Source of the DNA: Gemmatimonadota bacterium
Lineage (GTDB): Bacteria; Gemmatimonadota; Gemmatimonadetes; Longimicrobiales; Gaopeijiaceae
Assembly (NCBI GenBank): GCA_030430625.1
Contig: JAUIKL010000005.1
Span: 7,658-71,657, forward strand
Reading direction: 5' to 3'
Length of the DNA: 64,000 nucleotides
The notes under the pieces were generated by a model. That model worked only from the letters and a program-made list of their open reading frames with translations, had not been told where the DNA came from and did no database searches. The translations under genes and the position numbers were made by a program. Of this stretch, positions 9,167-19,980 are shown piece by piece. Every line of letters begins with the position of its first letter. The stretch's first letter is position 1.

Positions 9167-12100
9167 TCACCCCCTCCCGTGGCACTTCTTGTATTTCTTT
9201 CCGCTGCCACACGGGCAGGGATCGTTCCTGCCCGGCTCATCGGTGGCTGTGACCGGGGTCTTCTCCTTCGCGGCCTCCCCCCGGTTCGTCGCCAGCTGGC
9301 GCGGGTCCGGCCCTGATGGCACCGCTGCCGCTGCGCCGCCGGCCGCCGCCGCACGAGTCGACATGCCGAGATCGTCCACGCCCGCCCTGCGCTGGGGAGG
9401 ACGCTGCTGTCGGCCGGCCTGGGCGGCTCGGTCCGCGACCGAACTTCCAGGCTCGGCCGGTCCGGTGTAGCTGAGCCGCTGCGGAGCCTGCCGCCTCTGC
9501 TGGGGCTGACCGAACTGGGCGCGGAAGAAGTAGCTCGACAGGGTCTTCCTGAGATCGCTCATCAGGTCGACGAACATCTCGTAGGCTTCCTTCTTGTACT
9601 CGACGAGCGGGTCCTTCTGCCCCCAGCCGCGGAAGCCGATCGAAGCTTTGAGATGGTCGAGGTCGTAGAGGTGGTCTTTCCACTTCTCGTCGATGACCGA
9701 AAGCATGATGAAGCTCATGATCGCCTCGGCGTGTTCCCCGAGGGTCTCGAGCTTGTAGTGGAACGATTTCCGGAGGCCGTCCATGACCCAGGTCTCGACC
9801 TCGTGCCGCTCGAACTCGTGCTCCGGATCGTTCTCCTCCGGCAGGTCCGTGACGTTGAGGAAGAAGTCGAGCATCAGTCGACGCCGAAGGCCGGCTAGAT
9901 CCCAATGCTCCGGGTTCTGGTCTGCAGCCGCGTACTCGTCGATGGCGTCGGCCGCAGCCTGCTCCATCATCTCCCAGATCTCACCCTTGAGATCCGCGCC
10001 CCCCTCGAGGGCGAACAAGCGGAGGTCGTAGATGACCTCTCGCTGCTGGTTCATGACGTCATCGTAGTCGAGCAACCGCTTCCGAGCCTCGAAGTTGTTC
10101 GTCTCGACCCGCTTCTGCGCGCGCTCGATAGACTTCGTGACGAGGCCGTGGGTGATCACCTCACCTTCTTCGGCACCCCACTTGTCCATGACGTTGGCGA
10201 TTCTCTCGGACCCGAAGAGCCTCATCAGGTCGTCTTCGAGTGAGAGATAGAACTGCGAGGCGCCCGGGTCACCCTGACGCCCCGAGCGGCCGCGCAACTG
10301 GCGGTCGATTCGGCGGGAGTCGTGGCGCTCAGACCCGATGATCTGAAGCCCTCCGTCTTCGAGGACGTCGTCCTCGTTCACCAGCTTGATCTTCTCCGCC
10401 CGAACGGGATCGACGGGCATGACGTCGTCGATGTCGAGCCCGCGCTCGTTCAACCACCTCAGCGTGCGCGGTCGCGTCACCCCATCCCCGAGTTTGATGT
10501 CGGTTCCGCGACCGGCCATGTTCGTCGCGACCGTCACGGCCCCCGGCTGCCCAGCATCGCGGACGATCTCGGACTCGGACTTGTGGTGTTTCGCGTTGAG
10601 GACCTGATGCTTGATCCCACGTCGCTTGAGCATCCGAGCGAGGGTCTCGGACACGTCGACGTTGGTGGTACCGACCAGGACCGGGAGCTCGAGCTTGTTG
10701 AGTCGCTCGATCTCGTCCATGATCGCGATGTACTTCTCGCGCTTCGTCCGGAAGATCAGGTCCTCTCGATCCGCTCGCGCGATCGGCCGGTTGGTCGGAA
10801 TGACCAGAACGTCGAGGCCGTAGATCTGGTGGAACTCGGTCTCTTCCGTCTCCGCCGTACCCGTCATGCCGGCGAGCTTGTCGTACATCCGGAAGTAGTT
10901 CTGGATCGTGATCGTCGCGAGCGTCTGAGTCTCGCCTCGGATCTCGACACCTTCCTTCGCCTCGACCGCCTGGTGGAGGCCGTCACTCCAACGGCGCCCC
11001 GCCATCTGCCGTCCGGTGAACTCGTCGACGATCACGACCTGACCGTCTTCGCCGATGATGTAGCGCTCGTCCCTGTGGAAGAGCGTGTACGCCTTCAGTA
11101 GCTGGTGGATGACGTGGATCTTCTGACTCTTGGCCGCATACTCGGCCTCCAGCTCCTGAATCCGCTCGCGCTTCTCGTCGACGGAGAGAGTCTCCGACTG
11201 TTCGACCTCTCCCATCTCGGCCGAGAGATCGGGGGCAACGAACGCCTCCGGATCGTTCGGGGCGAGGTCGTCGAGACCGCGATCGGAGAGATGGACGTTG
11301 TGCCCCTTTTCGTCCATCGCGAAGTACAACATCTCGTCGACCTCGTGCAGGCGCTTCTCCCGCATGTAGTCGCCTTCGACCTTGTTCACGAGGGTCTGAA
11401 GGGAGGGATCGTCCGAGAAGAGCTTCACCAACTTGCGGTGCTTCGGCGCGCCGCGTTTGACAGCCAGTAGCTTCTCGCCCGCCTCGAATTCCTCTCCGGC
11501 CTCCAGGTGAGCCTCGGCCTCGGCCACCAATTGGGTCGTGAGGCGCGCCTGCTTCTTGTAGAGCGCGGAAACGATCGGATTGAACTGCTTGAACGGGGTC
11601 GAGGTGTCACGGCCGACGGGCCCGGAGATGATCAGAGGAGTCCGGGCCTCGTCGATCAGGATCGAGTCGATCTCGTCGATGATGGCGTACGCGTACTGGC
11701 GCTGAACCTTCTGCGCCAGCTGGTGAACCATGTTGTCACGCAGGTAGTCGAAGCCGAACTCGTTGTTCGTCCCATACGTGATGTCGGCGCGGTACGCGGC
11801 CTGGCGCTCGGGCGATCCGGGATCGTGGAGGTCGATGACGTCCACGGTCAGTCCGAGATAGTTGAACAGGTGCCCCATCCACTCGGCGTCTCGCTGAGCC
11901 AGGTAGGAGTTCACCGTGACCAGGTGGGCCCCACGTCCTGTGAGCGCGTTCAGGTAGAGCGGCATCGTGGCAACGAGGGTCTTCCCCTCACCAGTCGCCA
12001 TCTCCGCCACCTTACCGCGGTGCAGCGAAATCCCACCGATCAGCTGGACGTCGTACGGGACCATGTCCCAGCTGAGTTCCTGCCCGGTGACCGTGACCGT

Positions 12101-12472
12101 CGTACCGCATAGCCGGCGACACGATTCTTTGACCACGGCGAAGGCCTCGGGGAGGATGTCCTCGAGGGACTCTTCGAGCTCGGTGAGGAGCTTCTTCTCC
12201 AACTCGCCGATCTGAAGGGACAGTCGCTCGCGCTCGGACCCGTCCTCCGACTCTCGCTTCTCTGCCTTGAGCTCCTCGATCTCTGCTTCGATCGAGGCGG
12301 TTCGCTCCTCGATGTAGGACCGGAACTCACTCGTCTTGGCCTTGAGACGCTCGTCGGAGAGTGACGACAGTTCCTCGTAAATACGATTGATCTCTTCGAC
12401 CACGGGTTGAAGCTTCTTCGCTTCACGCTTGTGGCGAGAGCCGACGAGGGTCTTGAGTGCGGATTTCAGCAT
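9167..12472 (-). CDS. secA: preprotein translocase ATPase SecA
   Basis: Start [21 protein letters not shown] (ATG at 12472). Walker [15 protein letters not shown]-like [21 protein letters not shown], and the C-terminal SEC-C zinc motif [14 protein letters not shown]. The 5' 1086 nt of the tracked ORF (12473..13558) is a spurious extension. Confidence 0.97.
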   Translation of the reverse strand: MLKSALKTLVGSRHKREAKKLQPVVEEINRIYEELSSLSDERLKAKTSEFRSYIEERTASIEAEIEELKAEKRESEDGSERERLSLQIGELEKKLLTELEESLEDILPEAFAVVKESCRRLCGTTVTVTGQELSWDMVPYDVQLIGGISLHRGKVAEMATGEGKTLVATMPLYLNALTGRGAHLVTVNSYLAQRDAEWMGHLFNYLGLTVDVIDLHDPGSPERQAAYRADITYGTNNEFGFDYLRDNMVHQLAQKVQRQYAYAIIDEIDSILIDEARTPLIISGPVGRDTSTPFKQFNPIVSALYKKQARLTTQLVAEAEAHLEAGEEFEAGEKLLAVKRGAPKHRKLVKLFSDDPSLQTLVNKVEGDYMREKRLHEVDEMLYFAMDEKGHNVHLSDRGLDDLAPNDPEAFVAPDLSAEMGEVEQSETLSVDEKRERIQELEAEYAAKSQKIHVIHQLLKAYTLFHRDERYIIGEDGQVVIVDEFTGRQMAGRRWSDGLHQAVEAKEGVEIRGETQTLATITIQNYFRMYDKLAGMTGTAETEETEFHQIYGLDVLVIPTNRPIARADREDLIFRTKREKYIAIMDEIERLNKLELPVLVGTTNVDVSETLARMLKRRGIKHQVLNAKHHKSESEIVRDAGQPGAVTVATNMAGRGTDIKLGDGVTRPRTLRWLNERGLDIDDVMPVDPVRAEKIKLVNEDDVLEDGGLQIIGSERHDSRRIDRQLRGRSGRQGDPGASQFYLSLEDDLMRLFGSERIANVMDKWGAEEGEVITHGLVTKSIERAQKRVETNNFEARKRLLDYDDVMNQQREVIYDLRLFALEGGADLKGEIWEMMEQAAADAIDEYAAADQNPEHWDLAGLRRRLMLDFFLNVTDLPEENDPEHEFERHEVETWVMDGLRKSFHYKLETLGEHAEAIMSFIMLSVIDEKWKDHLYDLDHLKASIGFRGWGQKDPLVEYKKEAYEMFVDLMSDLRKTLSSYFFRAQFGQPQQRRQAPQRLSYTGPAEPGSSVADRAAQAGRQQRPPQRRAGVDDLGMSTRAAAAGGAAAAVPSGPDPRQLATNRGEAAKEKTPVTATDEPGRNDPCPCGSGKKYKKCHGRG

Positions 12473-12679
12473 AGGGCACGAATGCGTGTTCGATCCGCGA
12501 TACGTGAGCGGATGGGACGCGGTGGTTACACCACCGTGTGGAGAAAGATCGCCCTCTCGCACACGATGATACAGGTCCCCGGCGTACGAGCCCCAACGTT
12601 GTAAAAGGCCACCGCGAATCGGTAGATTCGGCGCGACACGGTCGGCGCAACGACTAGCACGGCATGCCCGTCGGCCGCT

Positions 12680-14908
12680 ATGAGGAACAAGGACAGAGGG
12701 CATCGGGTGAAGATTCGCGGATGGGTCATGGGGTTCGGTTTGTTCTGGTGCTTGACCAGCCCGAGTACCACCGAGGCTCAAGTGCCCGACCTTGCCGCGG
12801 CCCGTCAGCTGCTCAGCGAGAACCCCGAACTCGTGCGTCAGCGGCTTGAAGAGTCCGGATTGACCGACGCCGAGATCCGGTCCCGCCTCGCCGCTGCGGG
12901 CCTTCCGACGAACGCCCTGGACGGATTCTTGTCCGGGTCCTCGGGCGGAGCTCCCGCTGTGGACGCTTCGGCATTCTCGGCGCTCCAGCTCCTCGGCGTC
13001 ACGCAGATCGGTCTGGATGGCCTCGAAATCGTCGACCAGGTCGAAGGAATGCAGGAGGGCATGCCCGTGGAGACCGAGGATTTCCCGATCTTCGGTCACG
13101 ACGTCTTCAGCCGAGCAACGTCCCAATTCCAGCCTCTGATGTCCGGGCCGGTTTCGGACGAGTACGTCCTGGGCCCCGGCGACCAACTGCTGGCGGTCGT
13201 GACCGGAGACGTGCAGATCGTAGAGCCTCTCCAGATCGGACGTGACGGTGCGGTCGTCGTTCCTACGGTCGGGCGCATTCCGCTTGCGAACCTGACGCTC
13301 GGCCAGGCGCGGATCCTCTTTCGCGACCGCTTTGCCGCGTTCTACTCCGGCCTCGATCGCGGCACCGCGGAGTTGAATCTTTCGATCTCCGAGTTGCGGG
13401 CCATTCAGGTCTACGTAACCGGGTCGGTGACCCAGCCGGGCGCATACCAACTGTCGTCGGTCGCGACGGTCACCAACGCCCTCTACGCCGCAGGAGGTCC
13501 TACCGCCCTCGGGAACCTGCGCGGTGTTCGGGTGGAGAGTCGACAGGGAGAGAGTCATACGATGGACCTCTACCCCTACCTGCTCACCGGGGACATCTCG
13601 GGAGATCGGACCCTATCCGAGGGCGACGTCGTCTTCATTCCGCCGCGAGAGCGGCGAGTCGAGCTCCATGGAGCCGTCAGCCGACCCGCGGCCTACGAGG
13701 TGACGGACGAGGAAGGGCTGGCCGATGTTCTTCGGGCGGCCAACGGCTTCGCCCCCAGGGCGAATCGGTCGAGAGTCACGATCCACCGTGTCGTTCGGCC
13801 GGCTGATCGGGGTCCGGGACTCGGGGACCGCAGCGCTATCGACCTGGCCCTGATGCCGTCGGACGACCCGACCGCGCCCAACCATGTTGGCGGAGTGCTC
13901 GTCCCTGAGATCGGCCTCCAGGACGGCGACTCGATCGTCGTCGGCGCGGTCGTGGACCTGGAAGACGGCTTCTACGTTTCCATCACGGGGATGGTAGCCC
14001 AACCGAACCGGTTCCCCTGGCGAGAGGGGATGACGATTCGAGATCTCATGCTGCTCGCGCGCGGTCCGACAGTCGGCGCGGACCTCAGATACGCGGAAGT
14101 CACGCGCCTACCCGATCAACGAGCCACAGGTGAGTTGGCGGACAGAATCGTGGTCCCCCTCGACTCCAGCTATCTGTCGCAACGATCTCCCGACGGTCGC
14201 TACGAGGGTCCCCCGGGCATCGCGTTCCCCCCGGCTGGGTCCGCGGCAGAATTCGCGCTTGCCCCGTACGACCAGGTGTTGGTCCTGCGACAGCCCGAGT
14301 TCGAGATGCCGCGCTCCGTGAAGATCACGGGTGAGGTCTCCGTACCGGGGGAATACACACTCCTGACGAAAGACGACCGGGTCACCGACCTCGTCGCACG
14401 AGCCGGAAACGTTCTCGAGAACGGATACCTCGAGGGAGCTCGACTCTTCCGATCCGAGCAGTCGATGGGACGGATCGACCTTCAGCTGCGAGCGGCGCTG
14501 GCGGACCCGGCCAGCGATGAGAACGTCCTACTCCAGCCGGGAGATTCGCTACACATCCCAACCTACACCCCGACGGTCGTCGTACGAGGCGCGGTGAACT
14601 CCCAGGTCACGGTCCTCTACCGAGAGGGTCAGGACTTCGACTACTACATCTCGGCCGCGGGCGGCTTTCGGTACGACGCGGACAAGGGCCGCACATCGGT
14701 CCGATTCGCGAACGGCCTGGCTCGGACCCGCTCGAAGTTCCTCTTCTGGTCCTCATACCCCACGCCGGACGCCGGAAGCACGATCTCCGTGCCGACCAAG
14801 GACCCGGACAGCGGGATCGACCCCGTTCAGCTGACGACGAGCCTCGTATCGGTGCTCGGCACGATCACCACGCTGGTCATCGTCATCGTGAACAACACGG
14901 GGAGTTGA
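12680..14908 (+). CDS. polysaccharide export protein (Wza/Poly_export with several SLBB-like repeats)
   Basis: N-terminal signal ([17 protein letters not shown]). [12 protein letters not shown] Poly_export-type motif. Repeated 'V.V.G.V..PG.Y' soluble-ligand-binding beta-grasp units. C-terminal hydrophobic helix [16 protein letters not shown]. Confidence 0.8.
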   Translation: MRNKDRGHRVKIRGWVMGFGLFWCLTSPSTTEAQVPDLAAARQLLSENPELVRQRLEESGLTDAEIRSRLAAAGLPTNALDGFLSGSSGGAPAVDASAFSALQLLGVTQIGLDGLEIVDQVEGMQEGMPVETEDFPIFGHDVFSRATSQFQPLMSGPVSDEYVLGPGDQLLAVVTGDVQIVEPLQIGRDGAVVVPTVGRIPLANLTLGQARILFRDRFAAFYSGLDRGTAELNLSISELRAIQVYVTGSVTQPGAYQLSSVATVTNALYAAGGPTALGNLRGVRVESRQGESHTMDLYPYLLTGDISGDRTLSEGDVVFIPPRERRVELHGAVSRPAAYEVTDEEGLADVLRAANGFAPRANRSRVTIHRVVRPADRGPGLGDRSAIDLALMPSDDPTAPNHVGGVLVPEIGLQDGDSIVVGAVVDLEDGFYVSITGMVAQPNRFPWREGMTIRDLMLLARGPTVGADLRYAEVTRLPDQRATGELADRIVVPLDSSYLSQRSPDGRYEGPPGIAFPPAGSAAEFALAPYDQVLVLRQPEFEMPRSVKITGEVSVPGEYTLLTKDDRVTDLVARAGNVLENGYLEGARLFRSEQSMGRIDLQLRAALADPASDENVLLQPGDSLHIPTYTPTVVVRGAVNSQVTVLYREGQDFDYYISAAGGFRYDADKGRTSVRFANGLARTRSKFLFWSSYPTPDAGSTISVPTKDPDSGIDPVQLTTSLVSVLGTITTLVIVIVNNTGS

Positions 14909-14974
14909 CCTACCGACGCTCGGACGACTTGGTCCGGTAGCGTTGGTCTCGAAGTCTTCGACCGCCGGGGCCCC

Positions 14975-16066
14975 CTAGGCTCCGGTAAACTCCTCGTAAA
15001 TCCGCGCGATCCGTTCGGCCGCCGCTCCGTCCCACCCTTCGGGTCGCGTCCCGGTCACCGGCTGCCCCCACGTTTCGTCGAAGGCAGCCAAGATGGCATT
15101 TCGGCTACGATCCGGTACAAGACGATTGGTTCCTTCGGTGATCGTGATCGGACGCTCCGAGTTGGACCGAAGAGTCAGGCACGGAACTCCGAGCACCGTT
15201 GTCTCCTCCTGGATCCCGCCCGAGTCGGTCATAACGAGGCCAGCCGACCGCTGGAGCGACAGCATCGAGTCGTATCGCAGAGGTGGAAGCATCCTGACAC
15301 CCGGTGCTTCAAGACCAAACTCCTCGATGGACTTGGCCGTCCGGGGGTGTACAGGGAATACGACGGGTACTCGCTTCGCCACTGCGACGAACGCTTCGAG
15401 GATCTGGTCAAGCTGGTCACGGTCGTCCACGTTCGACGGACGATGACAGGTGACCGCTACGTAATTGCCCGGCTCAAGATCCGGAGCGGGGTGTGCGTCG
15501 TCCTCGAGTCGCTCCAGTCGGTACATCAGCGAGTCGATCATCACGTTGCCGACGAACCACACCCTGTCTTCGGAAATCCCCTCACGACTCAAATGCTCAT
15601 GAGCGTCTCGGCTCGGCGTCAGGCAAAGGCTCGCAAGTTGGTCCGTCAGGATCCTATTGATCTCCTCAGGCATCTCGCGGTCTCCGCTCCGTAGCCCCGC
15701 CTCGACGTGAGACACCGGGATATGAAGCTTGGCCGCTGCCAACGCGGCGGCCACGGTCGAATTCACATCCCCGACGACCGACACGAGGTCGAAGTGCCGC
15801 TCGGTGAGAACTTTCTCGACCCCCATGAGCACGCGACCCGTCGTCTCGGCATGAGTCCCTGACCCGACTCCGAGGTGGACGTCCGGAGCCGGAATACCCA
15901 AGTCCTCGAAGAAGGAGTCGGACATCTCCGAGCCGTAGTGTTGTCCCGAATGGAGCAACACGTTGTCGGTGCGCCCTCGCTCCAGCAGTTCACGTAGGAT
16001 TGGAGCGACCTTCATGAAATTGGGTCGCGCACCGGTCACGTGAAGGATCGTCGGCTTCGGATTCAT
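14975..16066 (-). CDS. wecB: UDP-N-acetylglucosamine 2-epimerase (non-hydrolysing)
   Basis: ILHVTGARPNFMKVAPI, HVEAGLRSGD and DSGGIQEETTVLGVPCLTLR are hallmark WecB/MnaA motifs. 363 aa. Confidence 0.9.
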   Translation of the reverse strand: MNPKPTILHVTGARPNFMKVAPILRELLERGRTDNVLLHSGQHYGSEMSDSFFEDLGIPAPDVHLGVGSGTHAETTGRVLMGVEKVLTERHFDLVSVVGDVNSTVAAALAAAKLHIPVSHVEAGLRSGDREMPEEINRILTDQLASLCLTPSRDAHEHLSREGISEDRVWFVGNVMIDSLMYRLERLEDDAHPAPDLEPGNYVAVTCHRPSNVDDRDQLDQILEAFVAVAKRVPVVFPVHPRTAKSIEEFGLEAPGVRMLPPLRYDSMLSLQRSAGLVMTDSGGIQEETTVLGVPCLTLRSNSERPITITEGTNRLVPDRSRNAILAAFDETWGQPVTGTRPEGWDGAAAERIARIYEEFTGA

Positions 16067-16091
16067 TGCCGAGGCCCCTCGCCACCGCGAC

Positions 16092-17387
16092 TCACGGCTG
16101 CGGTTTCACAATCCAACCGAACGGCGCCGTCCCTTCCGGTCGCGGGGCGATGTGACGTGCATCGATCAGGACCCCCGACTGCGCTACGACCCGACCGTAG
16201 TCGATGTCCGTGTGATCCGTCAGGATGACGACGGCATCGGCGGACGACATGGCCTCGTCCGTCAACGCCACGGACTCGAGGGCGATCCCCTCCTCGGAGA
16301 GCTCCGACACGTAGGGGTCGTGGTACGATACCGAGGCACCGTCCTCCTGGAGGAGCTGGATCACGTCGAGGGCCGGCGACTCGCGGACGTCTTCGATGTC
16401 GCGCTTGTACGCGACACCCAGGACGAAGATCGACGAGCCGTTGACCGACTTCTGCTGGCGGTTGAGCGCCTCGCGAACCTTGTCCACGACGAAGTACGGC
16501 ATCTCCGAGTTGATGTCGGAGGCCAGCTCGATGAAGCGCGTCTTGTAGTTGAGCGTCCGCATCTTCCACGACAGGTAGTGCGGGTCCACCGGGATGCAGT
16601 GTCCCCCGAGACCGGGACCGGGGGTGAACTTCATGAAGCCGAACGGTTTGGTGGCCGCAGCGTCGATCACCTCCCACACGTCGACTCCAAGCCGCTCCGC
16701 GATGATCGCGGTCTCGTTCACCAGACCGATGTTCACGGCCCGAAACGTGTTCTCCAGGATCTTCGTCATCTCGGCGGCTTCACTCGACGAGACGGGAACA
16801 ATGGTGTCGAGGAACTGCGCGTAGAACGCTTCGCCCGCGGCGGTACACGCTGCCGTGATTCCGCCGACCACCTTCGGTGTGTTCTTGGTGGTCCACACCG
16901 CGTTGCCCGGATCCACCCGCTCGGGGGAGAAACAGAGGTGGAAGTCCTCTCCGACCTGAAGCCCCGTCTCCTCGAGACGGGGGAGGAGCACCTCGCGAGT
17001 CGTCCCCGGATAGGTGGTCGACTCCAGGATGACGAGTTGCCCCTCCCGAAGCCCGCCTGCCACCGCCTCCGAAGCCGAGATGATGTACGACACGTCGGGA
17101 TCCCGCGTCTTCGACAGCGGTGTCGGAACACAGATCGAGATGACGTCGCACTCGGCGAGCCGAGACATGTCGGTCGTCGCCTCGAGTCGTCCTCCCGTCC
17201 GCAGCGCCGCAACCTCCTCCGCCGGGACATCTCCGATGTGGGACTCACCCTGGTTGATGAGGTCGGTGACCGCTGGATTGACGTCGAAGCCGAGGACGTC
17301 GAAACCCGCCTTGCCCGCCTCGACGGCCAGCGGAAGGCCTACGTAGCCCAGGCCGATGATTCCGACCGTCTGCGTCGTGTCAGTCAT
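16092..17387 (-). CDS. nucleotide-sugar 6-dehydrogenase (UDP-ManNAc/UDP-GlcNAc dehydrogenase, WecC/WbpA-like)
   Basis: Rossmann motif GIIGLGYVGLPLA, catalytic-Cys motif GLGGHCIPVDP, 431 aa. Immediately upstream of wecB on the same strand. Confidence 0.85.
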   Translation of the reverse strand: MTDTTQTVGIIGLGYVGLPLAVEAGKAGFDVLGFDVNPAVTDLINQGESHIGDVPAEEVAALRTGGRLEATTDMSRLAECDVISICVPTPLSKTRDPDVSYIISASEAVAGGLREGQLVILESTTYPGTTREVLLPRLEETGLQVGEDFHLCFSPERVDPGNAVWTTKNTPKVVGGITAACTAAGEAFYAQFLDTIVPVSSSEAAEMTKILENTFRAVNIGLVNETAIIAERLGVDVWEVIDAAATKPFGFMKFTPGPGLGGHCIPVDPHYLSWKMRTLNYKTRFIELASDINSEMPYFVVDKVREALNRQQKSVNGSSIFVLGVAYKRDIEDVRESPALDVIQLLQEDGASVSYHDPYVSELSEEGIALESVALTDEAMSSADAVVILTDHTDIDYGRVVAQSGVLIDARHIAPRPEGTAPFGWIVKPQP

Positions 17388-17454
17388 GTACTCGAGGATC
17401 CCGGATTCGGGGTTCGGAACGAAGAGAAACGATAACGGATCGAGGGATCGGCGA

Positions 17455-18438
17455 TCAGCCCTGAACCGCCTGCACCCACGCTTGATTGTCCACGTACCAC
17501 GCTACGGTGTCCGCCAACCCGACTTCAAAGGTTTCGTGGGAGCGCCATCCGAGCTCTGCCCGCGCGCGGCTGTCGTCGATCGCGTATCGGCGATCATGAC
17601 CCGGCCGGTCCGCAACGAAGTTGATCCGAGAGGCGTCGAGACCGAGTGCAGCAAGAACCCCCTCGACGACCCGCAGATTCGTCCGCTCGGAGCGGCCTCC
17701 GAAGTTGTACACGCGCCCGGCCTCTCCGCGCTCGACGGCAGCGATGAGCCCACGGCAGTGGTCGTCGACGTGGATCCAGTCCCGGACGTTCAATCCGTCA
17801 CCGTACACGGGGAGCGGCTCCCCGCGCAGGGCCCGATCGATCATCAGCGGGATGAGCTTCTCGGGGAACTGGTACGGACCGTAGTTGTTCGAGCAACGGG
17901 TCACGCTAACGTCGAGGCCGTGGGTCGTGTGGTAGGCGAGGGCCAGGTGATCCGAGGCCGCCTTGGTCGCCGAGTACGGTGACCTGGGAGAGAGGGGTGT
18001 GTCCTCCGTGAAGAGCGGCCCCTCATCGATCTCGGGGTCGACCCACGGCAGCTCTCCGTACACCTCATCCGTCGACACGTGGAGAAAGCGCCCGACCCGA
18101 GCGTCCAGGGCGGCCGCCAGGAGCGCGGCCGTGCCGACAACGTTCGTCCGGACGAAGGCGTGATCGGAATCGATCGAACGGTCGACGTGGGACTCGGCGG
18201 CCAGATGCATCACCCAGTCGACGCCGTCCATCAGGTCGCGAGCGAGGGCGGCATCACAAATGTCACCGTGAACGAACGTGTGGCGAGGGTCGTCGGCGAC
18301 GTCCGACAGGTTCTCGAGGTGGCCCGCATAGGTCAGAGCGTCCAGGTTGACGACCTCGACGTCGGGCCTCTCGAGAAGCATCCGGACGAGGTTCGAGCCG
18401 ATGAAGCCGGCCCCGCCCGTCACGAGAACCCGGGTCAA
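17455..18438 (-). CDS. rfbB: dTDP-glucose 4,6-dehydratase
   Basis: VLVTGGAGFIGSN and YSATKAASDHL (YxxxK). TTG at 18438 lies 1 nt after the rfbA stop. The longer tracked ORF (to 18582) overlaps rfbA. Confidence 0.9.
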   Translation of the reverse strand: MTRVLVTGGAGFIGSNLVRMLLERPDVEVVNLDALTYAGHLENLSDVADDPRHTFVHGDICDAALARDLMDGVDWVMHLAAESHVDRSIDSDHAFVRTNVVGTAALLAAALDARVGRFLHVSTDEVYGELPWVDPEIDEGPLFTEDTPLSPRSPYSATKAASDHLALAYHTTHGLDVSVTRCSNNYGPYQFPEKLIPLMIDRALRGEPLPVYGDGLNVRDWIHVDDHCRGLIAAVERGEAGRVYNFGGRSERTNLRVVEGVLAALGLDASRINFVADRPGHDRRYAIDDSRARAELGWRSHETFEVGLADTVAWYVDNQAWVQAVQG

Positions 18439-18439
18439 C

Positions 18440-19201
18440 TCAAGACCCTTCGAGGCCCGGGTCGGCCCCGGTGAGTACGGGGTTGCTCCGATCGGCGGCC
18501 ACGAGCCCGGACGCCCGGTGCAGCGAGCGGATCGTCCCGGCGTCGGTCCACCAACCCTCCACCACACGGTGACGAAGGTCACCCCATGCCAGATAGCGGT
18601 TGTTCACGTCGGTAATCTCAAGTTCGTCCCGAGCCGATGGCTCCAGCCCCCGAATGACGTCGAAGACACGGGCGTCGTACATGTAGCAACCGGTCACGGC
18701 CAGGGACGACGCAGGGTCCGTGGGCTTCTCGACGATCTCGACGACACGATCCTCGGAGATGGTCGCCACGCCGAAGCGCTCGGGGTCGTCGACCTCCTTC
18801 AAGAGGAGCTGAGCCCCGGTCGGGTTGGCGCGGAAGGCGTCCACCGCCGATGCGATCGAGTCCTGGAAGAGGTTGTCGCCGAGCAACACGACGACCGGCT
18901 GCCCGGCGGCATGGTGTTCGGCCAGGCCGAGCGCTTCGGCGATGCCCCCCTCCCCGTCCTGGTACGCGAAGCGCAGGTGCTCCAGGCCGAAGTCCTGGCC
19001 GTTGCGCAGCAGCTTGAGAAAGTCGCCAGCGTGATCTCCCCCCGTGACGATCAGAATGTCCCGGATGCCGGCGTGCACCAGCTGCTGGATCGGGTAGTAG
19101 ATCATCGGCCGGTCGTACACGGGCAGCAGATGCTTGTTGGTCACCCGGGTCATCGGCAGAAGGCGAGACCCGAGCCCCCCGGCCAGAACGACGCCCCTCA
19201 T
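18440..19201 (-). CDS. rfbA: glucose-1-phosphate thymidylyltransferase-like sugar nucleotidyltransferase (short form)
   Basis: MRGVVLAGGLGSRLLPMTRVTNKHLLPVYDRPMIYYPI is the nucleotidyltransferase signature. ATG at 19201 forms an ATGA overlap with the upstream stop. Confidence 0.85.
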   Translation of the reverse strand: MRGVVLAGGLGSRLLPMTRVTNKHLLPVYDRPMIYYPIQQLVHAGIRDILIVTGGDHAGDFLKLLRNGQDFGLEHLRFAYQDGEGGIAEALGLAEHHAAGQPVVVLLGDNLFQDSIASAVDAFRANPTGAQLLLKEVDDPERFGVATISEDRVVEIVEKPTDPASSLAVTGCYMYDARVFDVIRGLEPSARDELEITDVNNRYLAWGDLRHRVVEGWWTDAGTIRSLHRASGLVAADRSNPVLTGADPGLEGS

Positions 19202-19980
19202 ACGAGCCAGCGAGCGATGGCGGCGGCAGACACGGTCCGGCCCGATGCCACGAAGTTCGGATACACCGGCTCGGGCTGGTTGAACGCGGGCATCGATCCG
19301 TCCCTGAGGGATACGACCCCGCCGGCCGCACGGACGAGTGCGGCTCCTCCGGCGATGTCCCACTCGCTTTTGCCGACCAGCGTCCAGGTCGCGTCCGCCT
19401 TCCCCGCAGCGACGAGGCCGAGCTTGTAGGCCACCGAACCGCACGCCTGGACCTCGATGGGATCGTTCTCGAAGCGGGTCCATTCACCGCGCCGAATCTC
19501 CGATCGACTGGCGAGCACGGTCACCGCAGCACCTCCGCCGACATCGGGTTCGGTCACTCGAGCCGGCTCACCGTTGTAGGTCACCCCGTGCCCCACCGCA
19601 CCGAGTATCAGCTCGTCCGTGGCCGGATTGAGGATGCCACCAGCCACGGGTTCGCCGCCGTCGAGCAGGCCGATGGAGATGCACCACTCGGGAATGCCCT
19701 CGATGAACTCGCGCGTCCCGTCGATCGGATCGACGACCCAGACCCGTTCGCAGGTCAGCCGAGACTTGTCGTCGACCGACTCCTCGGACAGCCACCCCTC
19801 TCCGGTTTGAGGGAGGATCTCCCGAAGAACGACGTCGGCCGCCTCGTCTGCCGCAGTCACGGGATCGTTCCGCTCGGCCTTCTTCCTGTACTCGACGTCG
19901 CCCGGGACGAAGGGGGCTACGGCGTCTGCCGCGGCCAGAAGGCCCTCACGGATGCGTCGAAGATCGTCGGTATGTGTCAT
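19198..19980 (-). CDS. inositol monophosphatase family protein (CysQ / 3'(2'),5'-bisphosphate nucleotidase-like)
   Basis: IMPase motifs WVVDPIDGTREF and WDIAGGAALVRAAGG. ATG at 19980 forms an ATGA overlap with the rfbD stop. Confidence 0.8.
   Translation of the reverse strand: MTHTDDLRRIREGLLAAADAVAPFVPGDVEYRKKAERNDPVTAADEAADVVLREILPQTGEGWLSEESVDDKSRLTCERVWVVDPIDGTREFIEGIPEWCISIGLLDGGEPVAGGILNPATDELILGAVGHGVTYNGEPARVTEPDVGGGAAVTVLASRSEIRRGEWTRFENDPIEVQACGSVAYKLGLVAAGKADATWTLVGKSEWDIAGGAALVRAAGGVVSLRDGSMPAFNQPEPVYPNFVASGRTVSAAAIARWLV

Noticed and set aside
12473-13558. A 362-codon N-terminal extension of the secA ORF; similar 5' extensions occur on the Wzy (5006..5428), rfbA (19202..19483), IMPase (19981..20178), TonB-receptor (46897..47235), map (26902..27168) and rplL/rplW ORFs.
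   Set aside because: The extensions are Arg/Pro/Gly-rich and overlap neighbouring real genes; the secA extension covers the wza-like gene on the other strand. Each is followed by an internal start that matches the conserved N-terminus of the family and/or forms an ATGA/GTGA coupling overlap.
14909-14974. Bidirectional terminator between the convergent wza-like and wecB genes.
   Set aside because: The only candidate is a weak 6-bp stem (CTACCG/CGGTAG) with a long loop and no T/A tracts. That is not enough to call.
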